From Convolutriloba macropyga (taxonomy: Eukaryota), in assembly GCF_964194025.1 (NCBI RefSeq), contig NW_027451934.1, positions 1 to 64,000 of the forward strand: a stretch of 64,000 nt of DNA. Direction: 5' to 3'. The notes under the pieces are model-generated. The model made no database searches. It worked only from the letters and a program-made list of their open reading frames with translations, and was not told the origin of the DNA. Shown here in pieces: positions 35,496 to 45,200 of the stretch (within the stretch, counting starts at the first letter, position 1; every line of letters begins with the position of its first letter). The translations under genes and the position numbers were made by a program.

Positions 35496-36546
35496 TGAGT
35501 TCCCTGCTGACTGAAAACGAATATCGAAGGCTCAAAGGCATTTACACCTCGCTTGATTCAGTTGCCGCTTTTGGCGGGGTGAATGACTTAGTTAGAGAAA
35601 GCGGTTTATCAGTGAAACAAGTCAAAGAATTTCTTCAGTCATCGAAAACTTACACAAAGTTCCGTCCCAATCGAAAACGTTTCAAAAGATTGCGTGTTCA
35701 CAGTTTGGGGATGAATCATGTCTGGTCGGTCGATTTGGCTCATATGGATAAACTTGCCGCCGAGAATGATGGTTACCAGTACCTGTTAGTTTGTGTAGAC
35801 ACTTTTTCTCGGTTTTTGCGGGTTCAGCCCATGAAGGACAAGCAATCTGAAACTGCTTTGGTAGCACTCAAAAAAATGCTTCCGAAAGCACGTGCTGATT
35901 ACCCCTTAAAAATTTGGGTTGATCAGGGCAAAGAGTTTTGCGGTGCTTTTAAAAATTTTTGTCTGCAGAATGATATTGTTTTGTATAACACTTTCAATGA
36001 TTCAAAAAGTGCCATTGCCGAACGATACATAAGAACAATAAAGTCAAAGCTTTATAAATATTTCAATGAACGTCAGACAACCAGATATATTGGTCAGCTA
36101 CAGAAACTCGTCAAAATGTTAAACTCCAGAAGCCACCCAATTTTAGGCATGGCTCCAAAGAACGTGCGGCCGGAGCACACAGTTGATTTGTTGAAGAAGA
36201 ATGTCCCAGACATGCTAAGAAAATGGAGGCCAAAAAAAACATCTAGAAAATTTAGCAAAAAAAGCCAAAGTTCAAAAAAGGTCAAACTGTTCGAATATCG
36301 CGCATCAGCAAATCAGCTTTTGACAAAGGTTATACTCAAAATTTCACCGATGAAATCTTCAAAGTTGCTTCTGTTTCTAGACCCCTTCGCAACGACAACA
36401 AAAAAGACACCCGCCCCATCACCTACAGCTTAGTGGATGGAGCGGGTGAAAAAATTATTGGCAGGTTTTATGAACCGGAACTGGTTGCCTACAGATATGA
36501 AGAAGATCGGCATAGAGCCAGGCATCAAACAACATCCGTTTTCTGA
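35495..36546 (+). CDS. Retroviral-like (rve) DDE integrase with a -1 frameshift in the A runs at 36232-36263
   Basis: WSVDL, VDTFSR, WVDQGKEF and AIAERYIRT. The shifted frame continues KFKKGQTVRI..FDKGYTQNFTDEIF..GRFYEPEL to TGA at 36546. Confidence 0.93.
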
Positions 36547-36631
36547 CAGGAAATCATTTTCACTTTTCTGTTCTTGTTGTTTAGTTGTGTGTGTTTTGAC
36601 AAAAATATCCTTGAAGCATTTTTTTCAGGCG

Positions 36632-37147
36632 ATGGACATTAATCATCACATTAATCGCATAAAAACTAACAAACAGGCAATTGGGTCCAGCTCGCGGCAG
36701 TATGGAAGCGGTATTGGCTCTGCCATAGGAGTTGGGTTGAAGAGTTTTGTCATTCCCTTGGCAAAACGTTATGGCATACCTTTAGCTAAGAATTTCATAT
36801 CGTCAGCTGCTCCTGAGGTGTTGGACATTTTTGAGGGAAAGAAAAAACCCAAACAGGCATTCAAAAAGGCGATAAAAACTACTGTTAGAAAGCAATTGGG
36901 TTCGGGGAGGAGTAAACGTGTACAATTCAGGCAGCGTAATATCAAAGCTAAAAGCAGAAAAAAGAGGAGAAAAAAATCTAGACAGATGGGTAGGCCTTAC
37001 AAGAGGAAAATCAAACGCAAGAGAAGAACACCACGTTATAGTACAAAAAGTACAAGAAAACCACAATCCAAGAAAGCGTCTAGAAAATCAGTCGGACGAA
37101 CTCGGAGAGACTTTTTCTCATCAATTGTCGACTCCGCCTCAAAGTAA
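36632..37147 (+). CDS. Basic virion core protein (adenovirus pVII/pX-like role)
   Basis: QYGSG and QLGSG putative protease sites, an amphipathic helix and an R/K-rich C-terminus; lies directly upstream of the major capsid gene. Confidence 0.78.
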   Translation: MDINHHINRIKTNKQAIGSSSRQYGSGIGSAIGVGLKSFVIPLAKRYGIPLAKNFISSAAPEVLDIFEGKKKPKQAFKKAIKTTVRKQLGSGRSKRVQFRQRNIKAKSRKKRRKKSRQMGRPYKRKIKRKRRTPRYSTKSTRKPQSKKASRKSVGRTRRDFFSSIVDSASK

Positions 37148-37178
37148 AATTCACTCAGAACGTAAACTAATTGCGATA

Positions 37179-38522
37179 ATGTCCAATTTGTTCACCGATC
37201 CCCCAATATCATCAACTCATTCAGATTTGGATGTTTTTTCAACCAGTCATGTATTAGTAGATTTTCAACGCTCCTTTGATGAACAGATCTTTCCACCGAT
37301 AGATAGCAATGCTCCAGTCCTCGAGTTTGAGTTCCAGGGTGCGCGTACTGAACTGGGAGGCACAGTCATTGACACTAGGAACATTTATATGAGCTTAGAG
37401 TTGTCGCTGGAGAAAATAACTTCCGGTAAAGATACAGCTGCAACTATAAGGCCCTATTTTATAAACAACATCGCTCACAGTCTCTGGCAGAACGTCGAAG
37501 TATTTGTTGCTGGCACCCAAGTTACCAATGCTAACAACTTGTATCCTTTCAAAAGTATTGTTGAAGCTGATTTGTCTTTCGAACCTTCCGCAAAAACAGG
37601 AATTCTGGCTTGTCAGGGTTACTCTTACGAACCCGACCCCACAGTTTTCAACAAAAAAGAAGAAGACCTACCCATAAAAAGTGGTTTCAATAATCGGCGG
37701 GATATTGTCGATGCAAGACGGCCCTGGAAACATTGGTTCACTCTCAATGACAGTTTTTTGGCTGGAATTGACAAATACATCCTTCCAGGTTTCCCATTAC
37801 GAATACGACTGACACGCTCAACAGATCCATTCCTTCTTCTGCAGCCAGAAGGAGCAGTTGACGCAAAGAACTATACAATTAAGGTTCTTTCTGCCTCGCT
37901 TTTTGTTCACATGCTCGAGTTACGAACTGAAACCTTTTTATCAATTGAACGAGCCCTGAGCAAGAAAGCAGCGCAATACATTTGGCGAGAGGATGTTATG
38001 GTTTCATTTGTGATTACTTCTGGAACAAGCATTTATTTCCGGGACGACATTTTCAATCGAGCTCCTGTAAGTCATTTTATAATGCTGATGGTTCCAGAGA
38101 AAAGTTTTACCGGCAGCTACCATACAAACCCTTTTCATTTCTCTGATTTTGCTTTGGACACCATTTCAGTTACTCGTGAAGGTCAAACGGTTGGCAACAC
38201 CCCTATAGAAGTGAGAACAAGTAATGCAAGGGTTTATTCGAACACTCTCCGGTCATTAAACATGACTCATTCAGGCAATGGTATAACTTTGGACGAGTTT
38301 GATGATCATTTCACCCCTGTTTTCCGACTGACAGCAGACCTTAGTATTGATGATAACACAATCAGACCAGAGCTGACCGGTGCCAGACTGGCCATTGAAT
38401 TAAAATTTCAAAAAGCAGTACCTAACCCAATTCGTCTGATCCTGTTTGGAGTGCGTCGCTCTGTTGCATTTGCTGATTGCAATAGAGAGGTAGTGAAGAA
38501 CTCTTCTATATACAATGGTTGA
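37179..38522 (+). CDS. Major capsid protein (double jelly-roll, hexon-like)
   Basis: SDLDVF, LEFEF, NNIAHSLW..VEV....Q....NLYPFK, GSYHTNPFHF and FRLTAD; 447 aa, intact. Confidence 0.92.
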   Translation: MSNLFTDPPISSTHSDLDVFSTSHVLVDFQRSFDEQIFPPIDSNAPVLEFEFQGARTELGGTVIDTRNIYMSLELSLEKITSGKDTAATIRPYFINNIAHSLWQNVEVFVAGTQVTNANNLYPFKSIVEADLSFEPSAKTGILACQGYSYEPDPTVFNKKEEDLPIKSGFNNRRDIVDARRPWKHWFTLNDSFLAGIDKYILPGFPLRIRLTRSTDPFLLLQPEGAVDAKNYTIKVLSASLFVHMLELRTETFLSIERALSKKAAQYIWREDVMVSFVITSGTSIYFRDDIFNRAPVSHFIMLMVPEKSFTGSYHTNPFHFSDFALDTISVTREGQTVGNTPIEVRTSNARVYSNTLRSLNMTHSGNGITLDEFDDHFTPVFRLTADLSIDDNTIRPELTGARLAIELKFQKAVPNPIRLILFGVRRSVAFADCNREVVKNSSIYNG

Positions 38523-38991
38523 CAACTTCACTCTGGGTCGTCTCATTTCAAAGGATCCCGAACTGTCCTATCGATTTCTGGGCTGTTTCGCTGCCGACAG
38601 TTTTCCCTATGATTTGTCCGACGAGACTTTTTTCATTCTGAACACAGCTCCAAGAAACTCACCTGGTGAACATTGGTTGATGGTCGCCAAGAAACAACAA
38701 ACTATATATTTTTATGATAGTTTTGGAAGAAAAGCTGAACTTGAATTCGCTGATATCATAAACAAAATCCGAAAGTCGAAATGCCGTGTATTTTTGCAAA
38801 TCTATCCATCTCGGGGCTTTGAACAACCGCTAACGAGTTCAGCATGTTCGCTCTACTGTCTATTTGTTGCTCATTTTTTATTCAAAAATAATCATAATTT
38901 CCCTCGTTGGGCTACAGAGGAAGACATATTACAGTTTGCTGCATCTAATTTTAATATCAAACATCGGTTATTAAAATTAATACATTCATAA
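38515..38991 (+). CDS. Adenain-like cysteine maturation protease
   Basis: FLGCFAAD, ILNT....GEHW, FYDSFG and Q..TSSACSLYC supply the catalytic H, D, Q and C. Confidence 0.92.
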   Translation: MVDNFTLGRLISKDPELSYRFLGCFAADSFPYDLSDETFFILNTAPRNSPGEHWLMVAKKQQTIYFYDSFGRKAELEFADIINKIRKSKCRVFLQIYPSRGFEQPLTSSACSLYCLFVAHFLFKNNHNFPRWATEEDILQFAASNFNIKHRLLKLIHS

Positions 38992-39122
38992 TAAATTATT
39001 AAAAACTTGTTTTGTTGCTAAGAGTAGATCGTAGCAATAAACGTCTCAAACGTACGCATATACATAAATATGTGGGCATCTTAAATATGATGTAACATAT
39101 AATTTTGTATATGTACATATAA

Positions 39123-39162
39123 ATATATATATATATATATATATATTAATATTTATGTATAA

Positions 39163-39197
<35 letters not shown>
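39123..39197. repeat. (AT)n and (GT)n microsatellites
   Basis: Directly visible. Confidence 0.9.
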
Positions 39198-39255
39198 CAC
39201 TTGGATTACTATCGAATTTCAAAAACGCATAGCACTCCGTCTTTGTCAATCTTTG

Positions 39256-40323
39256 ATGCATAAAATATCATGGTATGAACAAAAAACAGAACAGCAGCTC
39301 GCAGTCGGTAGCATGCTTCGACAATTGCTTGATCTTTGCCAGACGTTAAGGTCATTAACATTAGGCAACAACGGAGCCATTCCAGCAAATGATGCCGAGG
39401 CCATAGTTCGCCAGCTGCGTCGTCTAGCGGACGAGATTGAAGAAACGGGGGCTGTGGCCGATAGAACAGTTCAGGATGTCCGCCTTGCTCACCTGCAGCG
39501 AACTGCACCCTCGCATAGCGTTCAGCCATTGATCGTCCGAGCGGCTCATGAGACGAACAGATCAACTGTGAGCCCTTCTCTGCCGTCCTTTATTTCCCAA
39601 GATCAATCAAACAATCTTGGCCTTGAAAGTCCTAGCGAGGCCGAATTTTCAGCGAGAACGGCCGACCCTCTGATAATTGATACTGCGGACACTTTGGACG
39701 TAGGCCAAAGCACTCCGAGCCGATCTCCTCAGCAAGTGGAATTAGTTTCCAATGCAAGCCGCCAGCCTCCTCGTCAATTACAAAGAGTAAATCAGTTGTT
39801 ATATTTTTGGCAAACACTAAAAGACATCTTTCCTGTAAACAGGTTTTGTGACTTTTTTTAGCTGGACGTAATGCGTACCAAACTGAATAGGACAGTTCGT
39901 CGGAGGATCAATGTTAGAATTGTTGAGACAGGAGAACGGCTGAACGATCCTCACCCGAATTTACACGACCTGACCGCTATTCAGATAGCCCAGGCGTTTC
40001 AGACCATAAACTTCAGAGGAAATGTCGGAGCTTTCCGGAATACAAAGAAGATCGGTGTACTGGTCGAAGCGCTTAGGGCCAAGTGTTCGACAACTACAGA
40101 GTTTCGGGAGCTCACACAAGTTCACCTGACAGGTTTTGCTGGCAGGCGGCGGATACAGCAGATGAGCCGGACGCTCAGAGTTCTACTGGAGTATCCACTA
40201 CTTTTGACAATTGAGTATGAGTGGACTCCAGGGACAATCTGGGACAATATTCCGCTCATTGAGCTGGTCTGCCAAGAAAACTCGCAATTCTGGCAGATGA
40301 ACGAGCTTCCAGATAGTTTATAA
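39256..40323 (+). CDS. Hypothetical two-exon protein (predicted intron 39787-39861); start uncertain
   Basis: Two same-frame ORFs are separated only by a TAG that is also the acceptor of a GTAAAT...ttttttAG 75-nt intron. LVCQE occurs near the C-terminus. Confidence 0.55.
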
Positions 40324-40637
40324 CTGTTTAGAGCCGCCTATGGCGGAAGAAGAGCCACTGTGCTCAACTATATACACAGCATTTTAGAAACGGTTTAACA
40401 TTGTAATTTATTTATGCCTCGAGAAGAGGAAGGAGAGCCATGAGCTCATATTTTGTAACATGTGATATGTAATTGTCTTTTCATAATATAAAAGCCTCGT
40501 AAGGAGGAAGAAGAGCCAATCTGCTCTATTTTTTCTAATAAATGTTTTTCAAATATCTCAATAATTTTTAGACCGATTTCAACAAGTAATCTCTGCAGCA
40601 TCGGTTCGCGATTAGTAATTTATTTTTCAGAGTTGTT

Positions 40638-41219
40638 ATGATAAACATTTTAATCATCGGAGCGTCCAACATTAACCCCAATTTCGAAATTTGTAAATGC
40701 CCTGTTTTTTGCCAAAATTCTTACCATATCCACTGCCAATCACAAGGAGTTAATCTTAAAATTTCCAGTGCTCCGGGGGCACGATTCAACCACCCAATAA
40801 AAAATCCATCTAACTTAATTGCGGAAGCTTTGTCCCCTAATTTTTATCCTGATTTCATTATAATCTATTCTGATATTGCCCTTAATTCGTTTGAGCAACA
40901 TAATAATTACGAAGGATGCAGTGTGACTTTTTGTAAGAATGAATTGTTAAGATTAACTTATATTTACAAGACCGTTAAATTTTTAGTTCACCTCAGTCAA
41001 CCCCGTTCGACGACTCCAAACAATTTTAATTGGGATTTTAATTGGCAAATTTACCACAAGGCCAAATTCATACCGAACCTCCATCAAAAATTCATTAAAA
41101 ACTCCCTATCCCAAAATAAACCCTCAAAAAAATTACATAATGTATTATTTCTCCATCTTACCCCCGAGGCAGTTGCCAAAAATTTACAAAACCTTATCAA
41201 CACTGCAGTCAGGATTTAA
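40638..41219 (+). CDS. Divergent SGNH-hydrolase-like protein
   Basis: ILIIGASN, SAPGA, DFIIIYSDIALNS and LHLT lie at SGNH block-like spacing; acceptor 7 nt upstream. Confidence 0.5.
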   Translation: MINILIIGASNINPNFEICKCPVFCQNSYHIHCQSQGVNLKISSAPGARFNHPIKNPSNLIAEALSPNFYPDFIIIYSDIALNSFEQHNNYEGCSVTFCKNELLRLTYIYKTVKFLVHLSQPRSTTPNNFNWDFNWQIYHKAKFIPNLHQKFIKNSLSQNKPSKKLHNVLFLHLTPEAVAKNLQNLINTAVRI

Positions 41220-41320
41220 TTGGTAAGTTGCATTCATTAATAGAGCACAGTCATCTAGTTGTTTATTCAGTCATTTCCATATAAGGATTGGAATATGTAC
41301 TCTGATTCTTATTCGTGGGA

Positions 41321-41392
41321 ATATGGGCGCCGATTCGCGCTTGACTCTGATTGGCTGACGAGTCAGTGCCTATCGGCGCCCATATTTCTTCT
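41321..41392 (-). repeat. Right TIR of Polinton 1
   Basis: Reverse complement of 19410-19481 with three mismatches. Confidence 0.95.
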
Positions 41393-42293
41393 AAGAACAA
41401 TTGTGTAGAAACTGTTTCCAGTCGGCAATTAAAACGCCGTCCGCAACACCAGCTTTATTGAGGAAACTTTGAACAATCCGTGTTTCGTCATTCTGGTTGT
41501 CTTTGAACTCGGAAGGTAATAGAGTGAGTGAGTCGTGGAAATTGGGAAAATGAGTTTTGAAAACTTCTCTGTTGCGTATATAGCGACTTGTCATAGTAGT
41601 TATTGCTACATCCCCAATATCTCTCCATATATGTATCAATTTCAATGTCTCCATAAAAAGATCTTGCCCAGATTCATTTCCCAAAACATCTTCCGATTGT
41701 TTATCCACATGATCAAAAAACGTTTCCAACAGTTTGGTCGTCATGGCACTGGAACGCTGAAGTTGTTGCGCTATGTGCTTTTGCTTTGAGCCAGGGCTGC
41801 GAGCGATGATCATCTTTTCGTTTTTTGGATCAAATTTTAGTTGACGTTGCGACTCCTCATTTATGCTAAAAAATATTGCCGATTGTTCCTGTTGTCCATT
41901 GTTTTTGGCCACCATCATGGCAAAACTAATAACGTGTTTTTCTTTTGCCCGTTTTAAAATTGGGTCCACCATTAATAGATCGAGTAAAACTTGCTCCATT
42001 TCAATTTGGGTTCGATTATCGCCCGAATCCAAAATCAGAACAGCAACAGCTGTCTCGAGTCCGGGTGCTGGAAAAAACAAGTATCCGTTACAGCTCAATA
42101 ACTTTACCAGGAAACCTTTCAAACCCGCGTCTCTGAGGCGTCTCTCGATGGAATTTGTCAAAAGATCCGTCACAAAGATATCGTGGCTAAGTATCTTTGG
42201 ACCCCCCGGAATCATCAAAAGCTTTGTGGAGTAGTCCGGATCTAGTCCACATAACTGGGCTCTGAAGTCAGAGAACTGTTTTCCAGAATCCAT
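41391..42293 (-). pseudogene. N-terminal half of the gene split by the Polinton
   Basis: ATG-initiated 300-aa ORF whose stop codon is created at the TSD/TIR junction. Confidence 0.85.
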
Positions 42294-45200
42294 GTGAACA
42301 CGGTAACTAAACCGTAAGGTAATACGAAACTAAAACTATATGTTCAAATTCGAGTTACTGTTATAAATAGAAGAAAATATAATGCCACGTGGTGTTTGCC
42401 GAGTAAAACTGTCGCCAAATGCGTATAGCAAAAAAAACGATACTGAATTATTGAAAACAGTATTCACCGATGTTCACATTTCCTTTTCCTCAACTAGCTG
42501 TAATACTCTATTTCTGAGAAACAGCATTTGGAAAAATGTGGTTGTTTTGTTTCTGTTTAATATATAATTCATTCTATAGCTTTCAAAAAACAAAAAATAC
42601 AATGAAATTTTCGATGCGTTACTGTAAAAAATAGGCATGGAAATTTACTGCGTCTACAATAAAATTGCTGCAGCAGCCTGTAGCCTAGCAACCACATTTG
42701 TATAAAAGAGACGAAACGTCCATGTTGAGATGTTTTAGTCGCATGAGGATGAAATAAGATTTCATGTAATTGTATTTGGTTGTACATTGCGTTTAGTGTT
42801 ACATAATTATTTGAATGAGCATGGATGAAGTGGAGCTTTCTTAATATATATTTTTGGTTACGCTGTTAGTTGGTCGGCCATATAAAATGTCTGTTCAATC
42901 AAATTTCGAACATGCAACTGGTCTAGAGGACGAACAGATGGATGGAGACACACAAGATGGGAGCGTACAAGGTGAGTTTGTAACCCGTACCGAACTTCAA
43001 GTGTAAATCAGTACTGGGCGATAGTAAATGCAAGTCTCCCGTGTAATATATTTTACTCGCTTTCTCGCTTGAAATTTGCTTCTTTCAAGCGTACATTAAC
43101 GGCGCAAAAGAAATCTTTCAATAGTCGTGGTGCAACAGGAAGCAGAACGAACGTCAAGAGAGCGGGAGATGGTGGGTTCGCGCCCCATACAGAACTTTAT
43201 TTTCCCACTCGGCCCAAATCTGACCATCTTAAAATCAGACTGAACAAAAATCTGACGAGTCAAAAAACTGACATGAATCAGTCTATGATTCAGTACTGAT
43301 GAGGAATTGCATTTATACTAGCCTAGTACTGAAACGCACTTGGAGCTAGGTACGGGAACGTGAAAAAGTTTTTAAGCATAAGAGTAAAACTTTCCAGGAG
43401 CCAGACTCCAGACCTGACCTTGGATAGGCCAAATTATCTTGCACAGAAACCCACCGCCCGGTAAAATGGCTTCCCAAAACTCTTCCTATCTTGTAAATGT
43501 GAGTGGTTAATTTTTTAAAGGGGGTAAAGTTAGTGTTAATATAGGAGTGAGGCAGTAATTTGGTAAGGGGCGCCTTAAATGATGTAAGAATGAGGCTGGA
43601 ATGGACTGCGATATTGAGGTCCCAGACCGAAAATCGATTTGTCTAGACCGAATTGTATGCAACACGGGGAGTTCAAAAAAACACAGTCTGGAAAAAAATT
43701 TGAACGCACGAAAGTCTGGACGCAGATGTTCTTGAAAGCCGATAGTTTGGATATAGGCAATTTGGAACGCAAGAAAGTCTTGACAGCAGCTATTTTGAGC
43801 ACACTAAAGTCTGGACATACGCAATTATGAACGCACAGAGTCTTAACATCGGAGTAGTAATACAATATGATATATGCTGGGGGATTAGACCCCCTCCTAC
43901 ATCGCAATTACCTTTGACAATTTGATTTCATGGGAAATGAAATTAAGGCTCAAGTCTCAGCAGCTTTGCAGATTACTATTATGAGACTTTGATTGCTGAT
44001 TGATGATCAATATATTCAATTCACAAGAAATCAAATTTCAAAGAAAAAGCATATGGCAGATAGAAGACTGACTATAGTTTGTTTAGAATTATGATTTAGA
44101 AATTGCCATTACGAAATCAATAGTGACCCAAACTAAGAAAAAATTTTGGAGCACTATAATTACCTGGAATGGGTCTTGAGCCTTAAAAAGAGCTCTCGAA
44201 GGACATTTTTTGTAGACTACTATTTTTCACCCACGAATTGTGGGCGATCCATGCAGTAAAAAATCTATTTTTAAGTTATCTTTAGGCAAAATTTTGAGTT
44301 TCTAAAGTCGTCTGAAAAAGATCTTGCGTTGTGAGAGAGGTATCAAAAGCCATTTTTTATTGCATTGGTTTTTCACATATATGGTGACTCTGACAAAAAA
44401 TAATCAAATATAATTTTTTTTTAAAAAATTGCTTTTCAAGATTGGATATACAAGAGCACTCATGAACGCTATGATCAATTAAAAGTAAAGTATATTGAAG
44501 AGTTTGAAAAAGTTTTATTTAATTTGGCAGCATGTCTTTACTTAGACCCAGATTTTATCTTGAACATTGTTCAGAATTTAATGCCCCATTGCGATTTAAT
44601 TGCTGCAAACAGATTTTCGCTAGAAAAAAATTGAGTCGTATTAATTCCTTCGATTAAATGCAATACTTCATGACGCTTTAAAGTTTACTGCAGAAACAGC
44701 CAAAAAAGTCCCTGCATTCTGACATGTTTTGTTTTCTACAATAACAATTAGTTATGTTGGTCACCTGAGTGGTTTAGTGCTGTGACGTTTTGTAAGATGT
44801 GTATAAGGAAAATTTTCATTTTCCTGGAATATTGACTTTCGAAATTGTTGTTTCAGATTTTAAAGGTTTGCGGCACAAAAAGACGGGTATCATACATAAC
44901 GAACTATCAATTTTTTTGAAAATTTAATCGGAAACAATGGTACTACCTCCACTAGTGTTACGAAACTCACTTCCGCTTGTGAGAGGAATTGTAGAACAAA
45001 ATCACTTCATTGTTTTGTATCTCAAAAGTTTATTGCAGTTGGAATTCGGACACCGTTTTGAAAATTTTAACCAAAAGAAAAGAGAAAGTGGAATCAAAGC
45101 AAATTCTTTTGAAAGAGTTGGTAAGTTTGGAATTTATTTTACGTCCCAAAGTTAACAAATTTATTCCGCCAATTAACCACCTTACTAGTTCTCTGCACTA

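Larger units (their letters stand above)
19410..41392 (+). mobile_element. Full-length Polinton/Maverick (adintovirus-like), ~22 kb including a 537-N gap
   Basis: 72-bp TIRs with AGAAGA/TCTTCT termini, TSD aacaac (19404-19409) versus aagaac (41393-41398), and the complete core gene set. Confidence 0.95.

Noticed and set aside
36437-37178. Long N-terminal extensions on the core protein and MCP given by the ORF track
   Set aside because: They overlap the integrase tail or the core gene. Better starts are ATG 36632 (after an acceptor) and ATG 37179.
43600-43860. Short aaagtctggacgca-type repeats with small ORFs
   Set aside because: Probably a non-autonomous repeat fragment; ends and family could not be defined.
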